64,000 nt of DNA from NCBI GenBank assembly GCA_964645315.1, contig CAZYBH010000004.1:853-64852 (forward strand), in the 5' to 3' direction. The translations under genes and the position numbers were made by a program. The notes under the pieces are model-generated. The model saw only the letters and a program-made list of their open reading frames with translations. It was not told where the DNA came from and did not search any database. Positions 29,807 to 38,911 of this stretch are shown here, piece by piece (positions within the stretch are counted from its first letter, which is position 1; each line of letters starts with the position of its first letter). The stretch comes from an uncultured Candidatus Saccharibacteria bacterium. GTDB taxonomy: Bacteria; Patescibacteriota; Minisyncoccia; Phycocordibacterales; PALSA-1337.

Positions 29807-31324
29807 TTAGATATTAGTCCTATATTGTAATGCTTCTAAAATATGATTTGTACCGACGATGGGTACACCTTCAAGATCGGCTATGGTCCTGGCTACTTTC
29901 ATAATGCGATGAAATGTTCTACCAGATAAATTTAGTTTTTGTCCATATTGGATCAGAATATTTCGGGCATCATTTTCCAAAATAATTGCCTTTTCCATTT
30001 CGCTACTGCTTATCTCAGAATTGTAATTTTTGACTATTCCTAGTTGCTTGAATCTCTCTTTTTGGATATTTCTTGCTATGGCAATCCTTTGTCTTACGGT
30101 CTTAGAATCTTCATTCGAATTGTTTGTTGCACCAAGTTTGTCATAATCTACTTTGTCTACATTGATCCAGAGATCGATGCGATCTTTGATCGGCCCCGAA
30201 ATCTTCTTTGAGTATCTTTCGAGTGAGGCTTTTGTACAGGTACAACCGGTATTGGTCGGTCTTCCGCAAGGACATGGATTCATCGATATTATAAGGATGC
30301 ATTGTGCTGGAAATGTAACACTACCCCTGGCACGGGATATTGTTATTTCACGATTTTCGAGAGGCTGTCTTAGGGCTTCGATAACATTTTGTTCAAATTC
30401 TGGAAATTCATCTAGAAATAACACTCCTCTATGAGCAAGAGTAAGTTCTCCTGGTTTGGGTATATTGCCACCACCGACTATTGCTGGATATGAAGCGGTA
30501 TGATGGGGTGCACGAAATGGTGGTCGTATGATCAGATTTGAATTGCTGTGATTTGTGATGGAATGAATGCCGGTAACTTCTATTGATTGGTGATAGTCTA
30601 GGTCAGGGAGAATAGATTGGAAACATTGTGCAAGAAGTGTCTTGCCTGTACCTGGAGGTCCGTACAAAGCTATATTGTGAGCACCGGCTCCAGCTATCTC
30701 CAATCCCCTCTTTGCGCTTTCATTGCCTCGCACGGTACTTATATCAAAACGATCTTTGTTGTCGCTAGAAATATTTGGATTGAATATTATTTTATCAATA
30801 GACGATATACCCTTTAGATGGTTTATGACTTCATTTATGTCTTCAGCTGGGTATATGTCAATATTGTCTATCAGGCTAGCTTCCAAACTATTTGATTTAG
30901 GAATTATTGCACAAGTAAAACCGAGGTTTTGTATAGCGGATAGTATAGGTAAAATACCGCTTATTCTATTTATTTTGCCTTCAAGAGATAGTTCTCCAAG
31001 AAATATAATGTTGCCTGAATCAAAACCTATGTCTCCCGAGACCTTGAGGTAGGCCATGGTCATACCAAGGTCAAAAGATGATCCTTCTTTGCGAATGTCT
31101 GCTGGACCAAGAGATATAATGATCTTTTCGTTCTTTTGTTTGGGTGAAGTAAAACCACTATTTTTGATACTAGCACTAATGCGGTCTTTTGCCTCTTCGA
31201 TCGAACGGTCGCCTAGTCCAACTATAGAAAATGAATGAAGACCTTTTGAAATGTCTACTTCAATTGTAATAATCTCAGTTTCTAATCCAATAACTTGGGC
31301 GCTATATGTTTTTGCAATACTCAT
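29807..31324 (-). CDS. comM: ComM/YifB Mg-chelatase-like AAA+ protein
   Basis: RKEGSSFDL, GELSLEG, GPPGTGKT, RPPFRAPHH, LAHRGVLFLDEFPEF, MNPCPCG. Confidence 0.93.
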   Translation of the reverse strand: MSIAKTYSAQVIGLETEIITIEVDISKGLHSFSIVGLGDRSIEEAKDRISASIKNSGFTSPKQKNEKIIISLGPADIRKEGSSFDLGMTMAYLKVSGDIGFDSGNIIFLGELSLEGKINRISGILPILSAIQNLGFTCAIIPKSNSLEASLIDNIDIYPAEDINEVINHLKGISSIDKIIFNPNISSDNKDRFDISTVRGNESAKRGLEIAGAGAHNIALYGPPGTGKTLLAQCFQSILPDLDYHQSIEVTGIHSITNHSNSNLIIRPPFRAPHHTASYPAIVGGGNIPKPGELTLAHRGVLFLDEFPEFEQNVIEALRQPLENREITISRARGSVTFPAQCILIISMNPCPCGRPTNTGCTCTKASLERYSKKISGPIKDRIDLWINVDKVDYDKLGATNNSNEDSKTVRQRIAIARNIQKERFKQLGIVKNYNSEISSSEMEKAIILENDARNILIQYGQKLNLSGRTFHRIMKVARTIADLEGVPIVGTNHILEALQYRTNI

Positions 31325-31386
31325 TACCCAATCATACTATTGTCGTATGAAAAAATAATGAAAAACTTATTAAGAAAAGATAAAAT

Positions 31387-31734
31387 CTATTTTAGGGCAA
31401 GGCGAGCTGATGGATTTGCTTCCAATCTTTCTCTTGGAATTGGTTTGTTTGTAACTTCATCCAAACCATAAGTACCCTTTGATATCCTGTCCAATGCATC
31501 GTTGACCTCTGAGAGTTGTTTTTGGAGTTTGTCTACTAGACCCTTATTTGTCTCGTATTCTTCAAATTTGTCAGCGACTTCATTTTCGTCAGCGGAATCA
31601 ACCTCAATCTCACCGGATGTAGCTTCCCAGCCCTGACCAGGTTCGTTTGTGGCGACTTCACCAAGCTCTTCTTCGAGCTCTTTCTTCTCGTCTAGTAGTC
31701 GTTTTTTGAAATATTCGAGGTCTTTTTTATTCAT
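31387..31734 (-). CDS. DksA/TraR family protein lacking zinc-finger cysteines
   Basis: Coiled coil with DENEVAD tip; ALDRISKGTYGLDEVTNKPIPRERLEANPSA. Confidence 0.85.
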   Translation of the reverse strand: MNKKDLEYFKKRLLDEKKELEEELGEVATNEPGQGWEATSGEIEVDSADENEVADKFEEYETNKGLVDKLQKQLSEVNDALDRISKGTYGLDEVTNKPIPRERLEANPSARLALK

Positions 31735-31743
31735 GCCTTTATT

Positions 31744-33510
31744 CTATCGAACAAAAGCATTTTTTTCAAGCCTTAAAATTATATTTTCGAGAGCTTGTTC
31801 ATCGTTGGTAATTATAAGCTTATCGTTGCTCAAGAATGAGTAAAGAAAGATAATATGGTCATTTTCGGATATATATTCACGAACGTCCTTATTGCGTACT
31901 ATCTTGTCTTTGTAGCTACCTTTTAGGGTAAATTGGGTGGTATTGTCAAATAAGAAGTCTTTGAGGTCTTCTGGAATGTTCTTTTCCCATTCGATCATGC
32001 CGGCAAATGTATTTTGGAAGAAATTGTTTGTTGTAATAGCGAAGAAATTCTTTTGACCACCAATACCATTGTAGACACCGAGCATATAATCTTCGGTAAG
32101 AGATCTGGTGATAAGGCTTGGAGCGTCTATTTTCAAGATTTCCTGTAATTCACTGGCCGTAGCCTTTCTTATTGTATTATTTTCATTTTTTGTTGGTATG
32201 ATCTCTTCTATGGTATTTTCTTGGCCGACTTTGTCTATCTGATTTCGGATCGAAGTAATAATTTGATTTTTATTTTTGGCATCGATAGATATCTTAGTTT
32301 GCTTATCTGCTGGAAAAATAGAATTTGTGGCAATAACATTTGGATTTGAAGCTGTAGTTGGCTTTGGAGAAGTAAATTGAACCAATGAAAGAGGGCTTTT
32401 TTTGTAGAGATAATATCCTGCATAAGCACCACCAGCTATTAGTGCAAGGCTAATAATGATCAAAATAATATTTCTAAAAACATGAGAATCTTGCTTTCTC
32501 TCTGATTCTGGCGCTTTTGCATTTTTCAAATAGTCATTTTTTGCTACAAATGAGGCATTTGGACTAAGGGGAGCTTTTGCTACTGGATTTTGTGGAATAG
32601 GATTAGGATTTAGATTTCTTGCGGGATTTGAATTTTGACTCTGCAAAAAGTTTTCTATTGATGATGCTGGCTTGTCCGAATTGTTTGGATTTGAAAATAG
32701 TGGATTTGATGGTTTCTTTGCTATAGGCATATTGTCTGCAATAGAATTGCTTCTAGGTATAGCAAAACTACTCAAGGTATTTGGTAGAGGTTTTTCGATA
32801 TTGTTTTGTACTTGAACTTCTTTATGGACTTCTTCTTTCTTTTGTTCGGCTATAATGGCTGATGTTGTGGTAATGCGCTTTCTAGCCATAGCTTCGGCAA
32901 AATCGGTCTCATATGTCCTAAGAGGTCGTAACTTACTATCCTTCTTCCCTTCATAAGGACGGGGTGGGATTGTGGCTGGGGTTTTTTGGTCTGGGCTAAG
33001 TTTGATAGATGAAACTGCATCTTGAAGGTTCGAAGGTTCGGTCTTATTTGGCTCAACAAATTCTTTATTGAAAGATATTTTGTTCATACCAATAGTCTTT
33101 GCAGGAGGGTTTGCTGGACCGAAGCTAGGGACTGGTTCAACGGTGTTATTTTGCAATTGACCAGTAAAGCCGGTAGGCTTTTGATTTTCAACAATTTTGT
33201 CTATGGTCAATTCGGTAAGTTGTGGGGCGCTCTGATCTTTTTGATTTGAAGGTGGGAGGACGGTGACTTTGCCTAGATTTTTCTCAGAAATGTCGACTAT
33301 ATTTGGAATATTGACCTTTTCTTGAGGCAAATTGCTTGGTATTGGAGTCGGTGCATTTTGATTTTCTTCATCTTTGACTGGAGAAATATTGAGATCGGGG
33401 GTTATGTCGAAAACTCTCGAACTTGCCGGATTGTCGGATTTCGATTCTTCACTATCAGCATCTGTAGATGTCATATCCTGAGCTCGAACTTTTGAGATAT
33501 CATCGTTCAT
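31744..33510 (-). CDS. Membrane protein with long Pro/Asn-rich cytoplasmic region
   Basis: LRTYETD motif, one TM, C-terminal domain with FAGMIEWE. Confidence 0.75.
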   Translation of the reverse strand: MNDDISKVRAQDMTSTDADSEESKSDNPASSRVFDITPDLNISPVKDEENQNAPTPIPSNLPQEKVNIPNIVDISEKNLGKVTVLPPSNQKDQSAPQLTELTIDKIVENQKPTGFTGQLQNNTVEPVPSFGPANPPAKTIGMNKISFNKEFVEPNKTEPSNLQDAVSSIKLSPDQKTPATIPPRPYEGKKDSKLRPLRTYETDFAEAMARKRITTTSAIIAEQKKEEVHKEVQVQNNIEKPLPNTLSSFAIPRSNSIADNMPIAKKPSNPLFSNPNNSDKPASSIENFLQSQNSNPARNLNPNPIPQNPVAKAPLSPNASFVAKNDYLKNAKAPESERKQDSHVFRNIILIIISLALIAGGAYAGYYLYKKSPLSLVQFTSPKPTTASNPNVIATNSIFPADKQTKISIDAKNKNQIITSIRNQIDKVGQENTIEEIIPTKNENNTIRKATASELQEILKIDAPSLITRSLTEDYMLGVYNGIGGQKNFFAITTNNFFQNTFAGMIEWEKNIPEDLKDFLFDNTTQFTLKGSYKDKIVRNKDVREYISENDHIIFLYSFLSNDKLIITNDEQALENIILRLEKNAFVR

Positions 33511-33560
33511 CTCTTAATTATATCAGATAGTTTTATTTCTGAAGAATTTTTGTGGATACT

Positions 33561-35696
33561 TTAGAACTTTTTGTGTGGTGCTCTAGGCTTCGGAGTCTCT
33601 TCCTTTTTTGTAAAGAAGTTTGAATCTGCGGATTTGATGGATAGATTTAGTCTGCCCTTCTCGTCTTTTTCTTTTACGACAACTGGGACTTTGTCTCCTT
33701 CTTTGAGGTATGTTTCTACTCTTTCTACTCTAAATGGTGCTATTTCGGAAACATGAACCAAGCCTTCTGCATTTGGACCAATCTTTACGAATGCTCCGAA
33801 ATCCATCATCTTGACCACTTCCCCTTCGAACCTTTCACCGGGCAAATACTCTCTTGTCATGCCGTATATAATATCCTTGGCTTTTTGAGCGGTTTCATTC
33901 TTGCCAGTAATGAAGACGGTACCATCGTCTTCTATCGTAATATCTTCTACTTGAGTAACTTCTCTAATTTCATTTATAGTTTTACCACCAGTACCGATAA
34001 CGAGACCGATTTGATCGACTTTGATCTTCATCACGATGATTTCTGGTGCATTTGGTGAAATCTTCTCTCTTGGTTTGCTTATCTCCTTTTCGATAACATC
34101 AAGAATCCTTAGTCTTGCACTTTTTGCTTTTTCGAAGGCTTCGCTAAGTATTTTGAGTGGTATTCCACCGACTTTGACATCCATCTGGACTGCAGTGACT
34201 CCATCTCTTGTGCCCGCAACTTTGAAATCCATATCACCATGATGATCTTCTGGACCTTGAATATCGGTAAGAACCTTGTACTCTTTGTCATTTTTCATCA
34301 TAAGTCCAGAAGCGATACCTGCTACCGGAGCCTTGATAGGTACACCACCGTCCATAAGAGCTAGTGTAGAACCGCAAACCGAACCCATCGATGTTGAACC
34401 ATTTGAAGCTAGAGCTTCTGATACAAGACGGATTGTATATGGAAATACTTCTTTGTCTGGTATCACTGCTTGCAAAGCTTTTTCTGCCAAAGCGCCGTGG
34501 CCGATCATTCTTCTATTTGTACCACCCATCCTTCCCACTTCACCAGTCGAAAATGGTGGAAAATTGTAATGATGCATGAATCGCTTATTTTCTTGGACTG
34601 TTAGACCATCAATGAGTAGAGCATCTCCTGGTGATCCCAAAGTGAGAATAGAAAGAACGTGAGTACCTCCACGATAAAACGTACCCGCTCCATGAATAAT
34701 CGGTGAAATACCGCCAGCTTTTGCAAAAAGTGGTCTTATCTCATCCATAGTACGTCCATCAGGTCTACGATTGTTATTTATAGCTTGTTCGTGTAGCAAA
34801 TCATTGACCGCTTCATCGAAAATCATCATAGCCATGCCTAGATTTCCTTCTGGGAAGTTTTGTATGAATACTTTTTCCCATTTATCGGTTATTTCTTCTA
34901 GTTTTTTCTTGCCCGGTCCACTGAAAACATAATCAGGTAAGTCATTTTTGATTTCTTTATCAAATAGTTCTCTAGTACCAGGAGTCTCTTCGGGCAATTG
35001 GACCTGTCTTTTTGTCTTGCCTATTTCTTTTATAATATTTTTTTGCCAGACTTGAATCTTCTCTATCTCGCTACTTGCCAAAGCCAAAGCTTCGTTTATG
35101 AGATCTTCTTTTACTTCTTTACTACCAACTTCAATCATATTTATCATGCCATCTTTACCGCAAGCTATAAGATCAAGGCTAGAATCAACAGCTTCCCTGT
35201 CTTTTGTTAGAGGGTTAACGATCAAAGCTTCCTTTTTTGCAATTCTTACAGCCGAAGCGGGTCCATTCCATGGAATATCGGATGTACCAAGCGCAAGTGA
35301 TGCGGCTATTACAGAGATTGGATCAGGATCTTCTTCTCCTATAGAAATAGTAGTCACAACGACCTGTACTTCATTGCGGATTTTCTGATCAAATAAAGGG
35401 CGAATTGTACGATCGACAATTCTTCCAGAAAGTATTGCCTCCGTGGAAGGTCTACCCTCTCTTCTCATGAATCTTGAGCCTAGGATCTTACCTGTTGCAT
35501 AAAAACGCTCTTCATAATCGACAGTCAATGGGAAAAAGTCTCCGTCTTTTGGATTTTTGCCCATAACAGATGTTGCTAATATTACGGTATTGCCGTATTT
35601 CAAACTAACAGAACCGTGGCTTTGATCTGCCAAGTCATTAAATTCGGCTGTAAGTGTCTTACCTCCGATTTCTATTGAGTATTCTTTTTTTGTCAT
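33561..35696 (-). CDS. pnp: Polyribonucleotide nucleotidyltransferase (PNPase)
   Basis: FFPLTVDYEE, DRTIRPLF, HHYNFPPFS, SNGSTSMGS, GDMDFKVAG, KH and S1 domains. Confidence 0.97.
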   Translation of the reverse strand: MTKKEYSIEIGGKTLTAEFNDLADQSHGSVSLKYGNTVILATSVMGKNPKDGDFFPLTVDYEERFYATGKILGSRFMRREGRPSTEAILSGRIVDRTIRPLFDQKIRNEVQVVVTTISIGEEDPDPISVIAASLALGTSDIPWNGPASAVRIAKKEALIVNPLTKDREAVDSSLDLIACGKDGMINMIEVGSKEVKEDLINEALALASSEIEKIQVWQKNIIKEIGKTKRQVQLPEETPGTRELFDKEIKNDLPDYVFSGPGKKKLEEITDKWEKVFIQNFPEGNLGMAMMIFDEAVNDLLHEQAINNNRRPDGRTMDEIRPLFAKAGGISPIIHGAGTFYRGGTHVLSILTLGSPGDALLIDGLTVQENKRFMHHYNFPPFSTGEVGRMGGTNRRMIGHGALAEKALQAVIPDKEVFPYTIRLVSEALASNGSTSMGSVCGSTLALMDGGVPIKAPVAGIASGLMMKNDKEYKVLTDIQGPEDHHGDMDFKVAGTRDGVTAVQMDVKVGGIPLKILSEAFEKAKSARLRILDVIEKEISKPREKISPNAPEIIVMKIKVDQIGLVIGTGGKTINEIREVTQVEDITIEDDGTVFITGKNETAQKAKDIIYGMTREYLPGERFEGEVVKMMDFGAFVKIGPNAEGLVHVSEIAPFRVERVETYLKEGDKVPVVVKEKDEKGRLNLSIKSADSNFFTKKEETPKPRAPHKKF

Positions 35697-35718
35697 TTTA
35701 GTATTACTACTTAATCCC

Positions 35719-35811
35719 TTGTCTCCAGATTACAGATTGCAATTTATACAAATTGCTATCAAACCTGTTTATCTGGAGGCAATTATTACTAATCCAAAGA
35801 GGGTTCTTTGG
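35719..35811 (-). promoter_or_regulatory. Long hairpin(s) in pnp 5' leader
   Basis: TTGCCTCCAGAT/ATCTGGAGACAA with nested ACAG/CTGT and GCAATTT/AAATTGC; second hairpin CCAAAGA/TCTTTGG. Confidence 0.55.
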
Positions 35812-35844
35812 TTTTATAAATTTAGCACAATATCTATATAAAGG

Positions 35845-36372
35845 CTACGACTTCTCTTTGCCTCTTATTTTCATCAAATATTTCTCTGGATGTTGGTCCA
35901 AATCCATAAAATGATCGGCCACCTCTATGAGCTTTGCTGAAGTAGATTTGCCGAAGCAGGCTACTTCTACCTGGCAACCCTGATTCATTTGGAGGAATTC
36001 TACAAGCGGTACGAAGTCTCCATCTCCTGTCACAAGTACGACAGAGTCGAGTTTTGGGGCCATCTTGACTGCATCTATAGCAAGACCGACATCCCAGTCT
36101 GCCTTCTTTGCTCCAGAACTAAATATCTGTAGATCTTTGACTTTTGTTTCGATGCCGACCTTTGTCAAAGCATCAAAAAAAGCATTTTCATCTCCTGATT
36201 CTGTAGAGATTACATAAGCGACGGCGCGGACAAGCTTCCTTCCGTCCAAGGCGTCTTTCAAAATTTGGCCAAAATTGACCTTTGAATGATAAATGTTTTT
36301 GCCACTATGATAGAGGTTTTGCGTGTCTATAAAAATGCCGACACGCTGTTCTTTATGTTTAATTATTGACAT
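35845..36372 (-). CDS. NYN/LabA-DUF88 PIN-like domain protein
   Basis: IFIDTQNL, KADWDVGLAIDA, LVTGDGDFVPL. Confidence 0.9.
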   Translation of the reverse strand: MSIIKHKEQRVGIFIDTQNLYHSGKNIYHSKVNFGQILKDALDGRKLVRAVAYVISTESGDENAFFDALTKVGIETKVKDLQIFSSGAKKADWDVGLAIDAVKMAPKLDSVVLVTGDGDFVPLVEFLQMNQGCQVEVACFGKSTSAKLIEVADHFMDLDQHPEKYLMKIRGKEKS

Positions 36373-36422
36373 ATGAAAATTATTAATAACTTATTAAAAT
36401 GATTCTAATTGAATTATAGCAG

Positions 36423-36525
36423 ATTCCGCGGTGCAGGCATATTTTATTTTTATGCGCCCTGCATAACTCGCTTCGCTCAAACATGCTCGGACTCATAAAA
36501 ATAAAATATGCCTGCACCGCGGAAT
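36423..36525. repeat. Perfect 32-bp inverted repeat with 39-nt spacer
   Basis: ATTCCGCGGTGCAGGCATATTTTATTTTTATG (36423-36454) equals the reverse complement of 36494-36525. Confidence 0.95.
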
Positions 36526-36548
36526 TTATCTACTCTAGACAGATTGAA

Positions 36549-36662
36549 GTTGCGGTAATGTATATTTTTAAAAAATCTTGCGCAGGCACACAGGTGCCGA
36601 GCAAAAGGAAAAATCCTAGCAAGGATTTATTCCGGTTTTTTAAAAATATACATTAACGCAAC
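36549..36662. repeat. Y-shaped palindrome (26/27-bp arms, two internal hairpins)
   Basis: GTTGCGgTAATGTATATTTTTAAAAAA / TTTTTTAAAAATATACATTAaCGCAAC; inner GGCAC-ACAG-GTGCC and AAATCCT-AGCA-AGGATTT. Confidence 0.9.
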
Positions 36663-36668
36663 GAGAGA

Positions 36669-36935
36669 CTACTTCTTGAGGTCTAGTTTCTTGATCAAAG
36701 ATGAGTATCTTCGAGGATGATTCTTCTTGAGATAGTTGAGGTGGTTTTGACGATCTGCAACCATACCTAGCAATCCCCTTCTTGAGTGATTGTCCTTGCG
36801 ATGTTTGCGTAGATGATCGGTCAATTCGTCAATTCGCTTTGTGAGAAGAGCAATCTGCACTTCAGGAGAGCCATTGTCCTTATCGTGAATGGCTGTTTCT
36901 TTTATAATTTTGCTCTTTTGTCTTGGGGTTAACAT
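36669..36935 (-). CDS. rpsO: 30S ribosomal protein S15
   Basis: HDKDNGSPEVQIALLT, HRKDNHSRRGLL; start ATG 36935 gives 88 aa. Confidence 0.97.
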   Translation of the reverse strand: MLTPRQKSKIIKETAIHDKDNGSPEVQIALLTKRIDELTDHLRKHRKDNHSRRGLLGMVADRQNHLNYLKKNHPRRYSSLIKKLDLKK

Positions 36936-36990
36936 GTGCAACATCATAGCATGAATAAAAAATAGACGCAAGGCTTCGTTTTGTCTATGC

Positions 36991-37024
36991 AAAAACAAAC
37001 TCGGCATCTCATTCTGATGCCGAG
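36991..37024 (-). terminator. Intrinsic terminator
   Basis: CTCGGCATC/GATGCCGAG stem followed by TTTGTTTTT on minus strand. Confidence 0.7.
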
Positions 37025-37045
37025 CTGGAAACGGTGATGTTTTGC

Positions 37046-37261
37046 CTAGTATGTTTGGCTAAACTGTTGCGTGAAGACCCTGATCGGTCCGTACCAAGAG
37101 TAGCCACCTATGTCGTTTGAGTTGAGTGGATAACTCCACGTTGTGATCCACACAAGTCCATCGGACACATTCCTTCCGAGATCGGTAATAATATGCCTCA
37201 TTCCTTTGCCTGCTCCCGGGCCGTTATACTGCCAAACCTGACCTTGTTTTATTTCATTCAT
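37046..37261 (-). CDS. 71-aa ORFan, possible SH3-like beta-barrel
   Basis: Own TTGCCA-16-TATACT promoter and terminator; IKQGQVW...FTQQF pattern. Confidence 0.6.
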   Translation of the reverse strand: MNEIKQGQVWQYNGPGAGKGMRHIITDLGRNVSDGLVWITTWSYPLNSNDIGGYSWYGPIRVFTQQFSQTY

Positions 37262-37325
37262 CTAAATAGCAGTATATTCAAATTTATTTAATTGGCAATA
37301 TAAAAAAATTAAAATATCGTATAAT

Positions 37326-38249
37326 ATGAACATGTCGCACAATATCGAGGAAGCAAAACAGCAATTTTTGGAATATGTTGAGATAGAAAAAGGCCGATCT
37401 TTGAATACGGTTCGCAATTATGATCAGTACTTGACCCGTTTTATAGACTATACAAAACTCAAAAACGCCGAGGATATTACAGAAAAAGTTGTGCGAGAGT
37501 TCCATCTATGGCTCAATAGACAACTAAGTGACAAAAAGCAAAAGACGACCCTAAAAAGAAAAACTCAAAACTATTATCTAATTGCTTTACGATCCTTCCT
37601 CAAATTTCTTGCAAAAAGAGGTATAAAATCCCTTTCTCCAGAACATATAGAATTAGCTAAGGTTGGTGAAAGACCTCTCGATCTGATATCAGGTGAAGAG
37701 CTAAAAAGGTTGATGAATTCGTCAAATGGTCAGGATCTTAAGTCTTTGCGTGATAAAGCTATATTGGAATTACTATTTTCTACTGGTTTGCGTGTATCCG
37801 AGCTTTGTTCCCTATCTAGAGATGTAGATATTGATGCAGATGAATTATCGATAAGAGGCAAAGGTGAGAAAATTCGAGTGGTTTTCATTTCTCCTGAAGC
37901 TAGAAAGGCAGTCAAAGAATATTTGAATAAAAGAGCAGATATAGACGACGCTTTATTTATTAGGATGAATCGTGAAGAAGCAAAAGGTGGTGATATGGCT
38001 CTAGATACCCGTTCGGTACAGAGGATTATCAAGCAATGCGCCATTAAGGCCGGTATTTCAAAAAAAGTTACTCCTCACGTAATTCGCCATTGTTTTGCCA
38101 CTGACCTACTATCAAATGGAGCCGATCTACGCTCTGTACAGATGCTTTTGGGTCATTCAAATATAAGTACGACGCAGATATATACTCATATAACAGATTC
38201 GGAACTCAAAAGGGTTCATAAGCAGTTTCATAATAAAAAACGGGGGTAA
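37326..38249 (+). CDS. XerC/XerD-family tyrosine recombinase
   Basis: SLNTVRNY, RDKAILELLFSTGLRVSEL, GKGEKIR, HVIRHCFAT, LLGHSNISTTQIYTH; start may be ATG 37332. Confidence 0.93.
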   Translation: MNMSHNIEEAKQQFLEYVEIEKGRSLNTVRNYDQYLTRFIDYTKLKNAEDITEKVVREFHLWLNRQLSDKKQKTTLKRKTQNYYLIALRSFLKFLAKRGIKSLSPEHIELAKVGERPLDLISGEELKRLMNSSNGQDLKSLRDKAILELLFSTGLRVSELCSLSRDVDIDADELSIRGKGEKIRVVFISPEARKAVKEYLNKRADIDDALFIRMNREEAKGGDMALDTRSVQRIIKQCAIKAGISKKVTPHVIRHCFATDLLSNGADLRSVQMLLGHSNISTTQIYTHITDSELKRVHKQFHNKKRG

Positions 38250-38303
38250 TTACGCAGGTTGCACCTCTACAAATAATATTTATTCAGGGCTTTATTTATT
38301 AGC

Positions 38304-38339
38304 AAACAAAAAAGGGACCGGTCGTATAGACCAGTCCCT
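38304..38339 (-). terminator. Intrinsic terminator
   Basis: AGGGAC(c)GGTC/GACC(a)GTCCCT hairpin, U-tract on minus strand. Confidence 0.65.
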
Positions 38340-38367
38340 GTGTGGCTTTCAGTGAGATCTTCAACTC

Positions 38368-38817
38368 TTACGAGCCAAAGACCTTGATTAGATCGGCACA
38401 GTATGAGACAGCTTCTTTGGTACAGGGCCCGAACTCATAGTAGTGCTTGATCATTGTAGCCGGGTTGTTGATACTATAATACCGGTCGAAATGTGGAACG
38501 GCACTTACCTTTTCCATCATTTCTTTGGCCAGTCTGTGAGCATTATCCCATGCCGCAAGTTCCCTTTTGAAAGCTTTTTCGAACTCTTTATGTGCTTCAT
38601 CGTATAGACGATATGGTACACGAGATTGTTCGGCACTTTTCTTACTAGCTTCTCTCCAGAGGTCTACATAATCCTTTAAGTCGGATTGGATCTGTGGCAC
38701 ATATTTCGCCACGATCACACTGACCTGCTTTCGAACAGATTCCCGTTCCGCACGGAAGTGAGGAATCGCAAGTAGGATGCTGAGGATGATACCAGTCTTC
38801 TCGATGTTATTTTTCAT
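38368..38817 (-). CDS. Hypothetical protein (149 aa, helical)
   Basis: Own TTGACA-17-TATACT promoter and terminator; no recognised motif. Confidence 0.65.
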   Translation of the reverse strand: MKNNIEKTGIILSILLAIPHFRAERESVRKQVSVIVAKYVPQIQSDLKDYVDLWREASKKSAEQSRVPYRLYDEAHKEFEKAFKRELAAWDNAHRLAKEMMEKVSAVPHFDRYYSINNPATMIKHYYEFGPCTKEAVSYCADLIKVFGS

Positions 38818-38911
38818 AGATCAATGATTGTTGACTTTCTGTTATAAGTATAGCATAGTGTATCTTATTTGTCAACTAGACAGGGTGACAAAATATGATA
38901 ATATATATAAT

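Noticed and set aside
36548-36575. dif-like TAATGTATATT core near the xer gene
   Set aside because: The XerD arm (TTATGTTAAAT) is not matched, the sequence is one arm of a palindrome, and dif is not expected near oriC
36990-37045. Possible attC site making the xer locus an integron
   Set aside because: No RYYYAAC/GTTRRRY boxes; explained as a terminator; the recombinase shows no IntI-specific insertion
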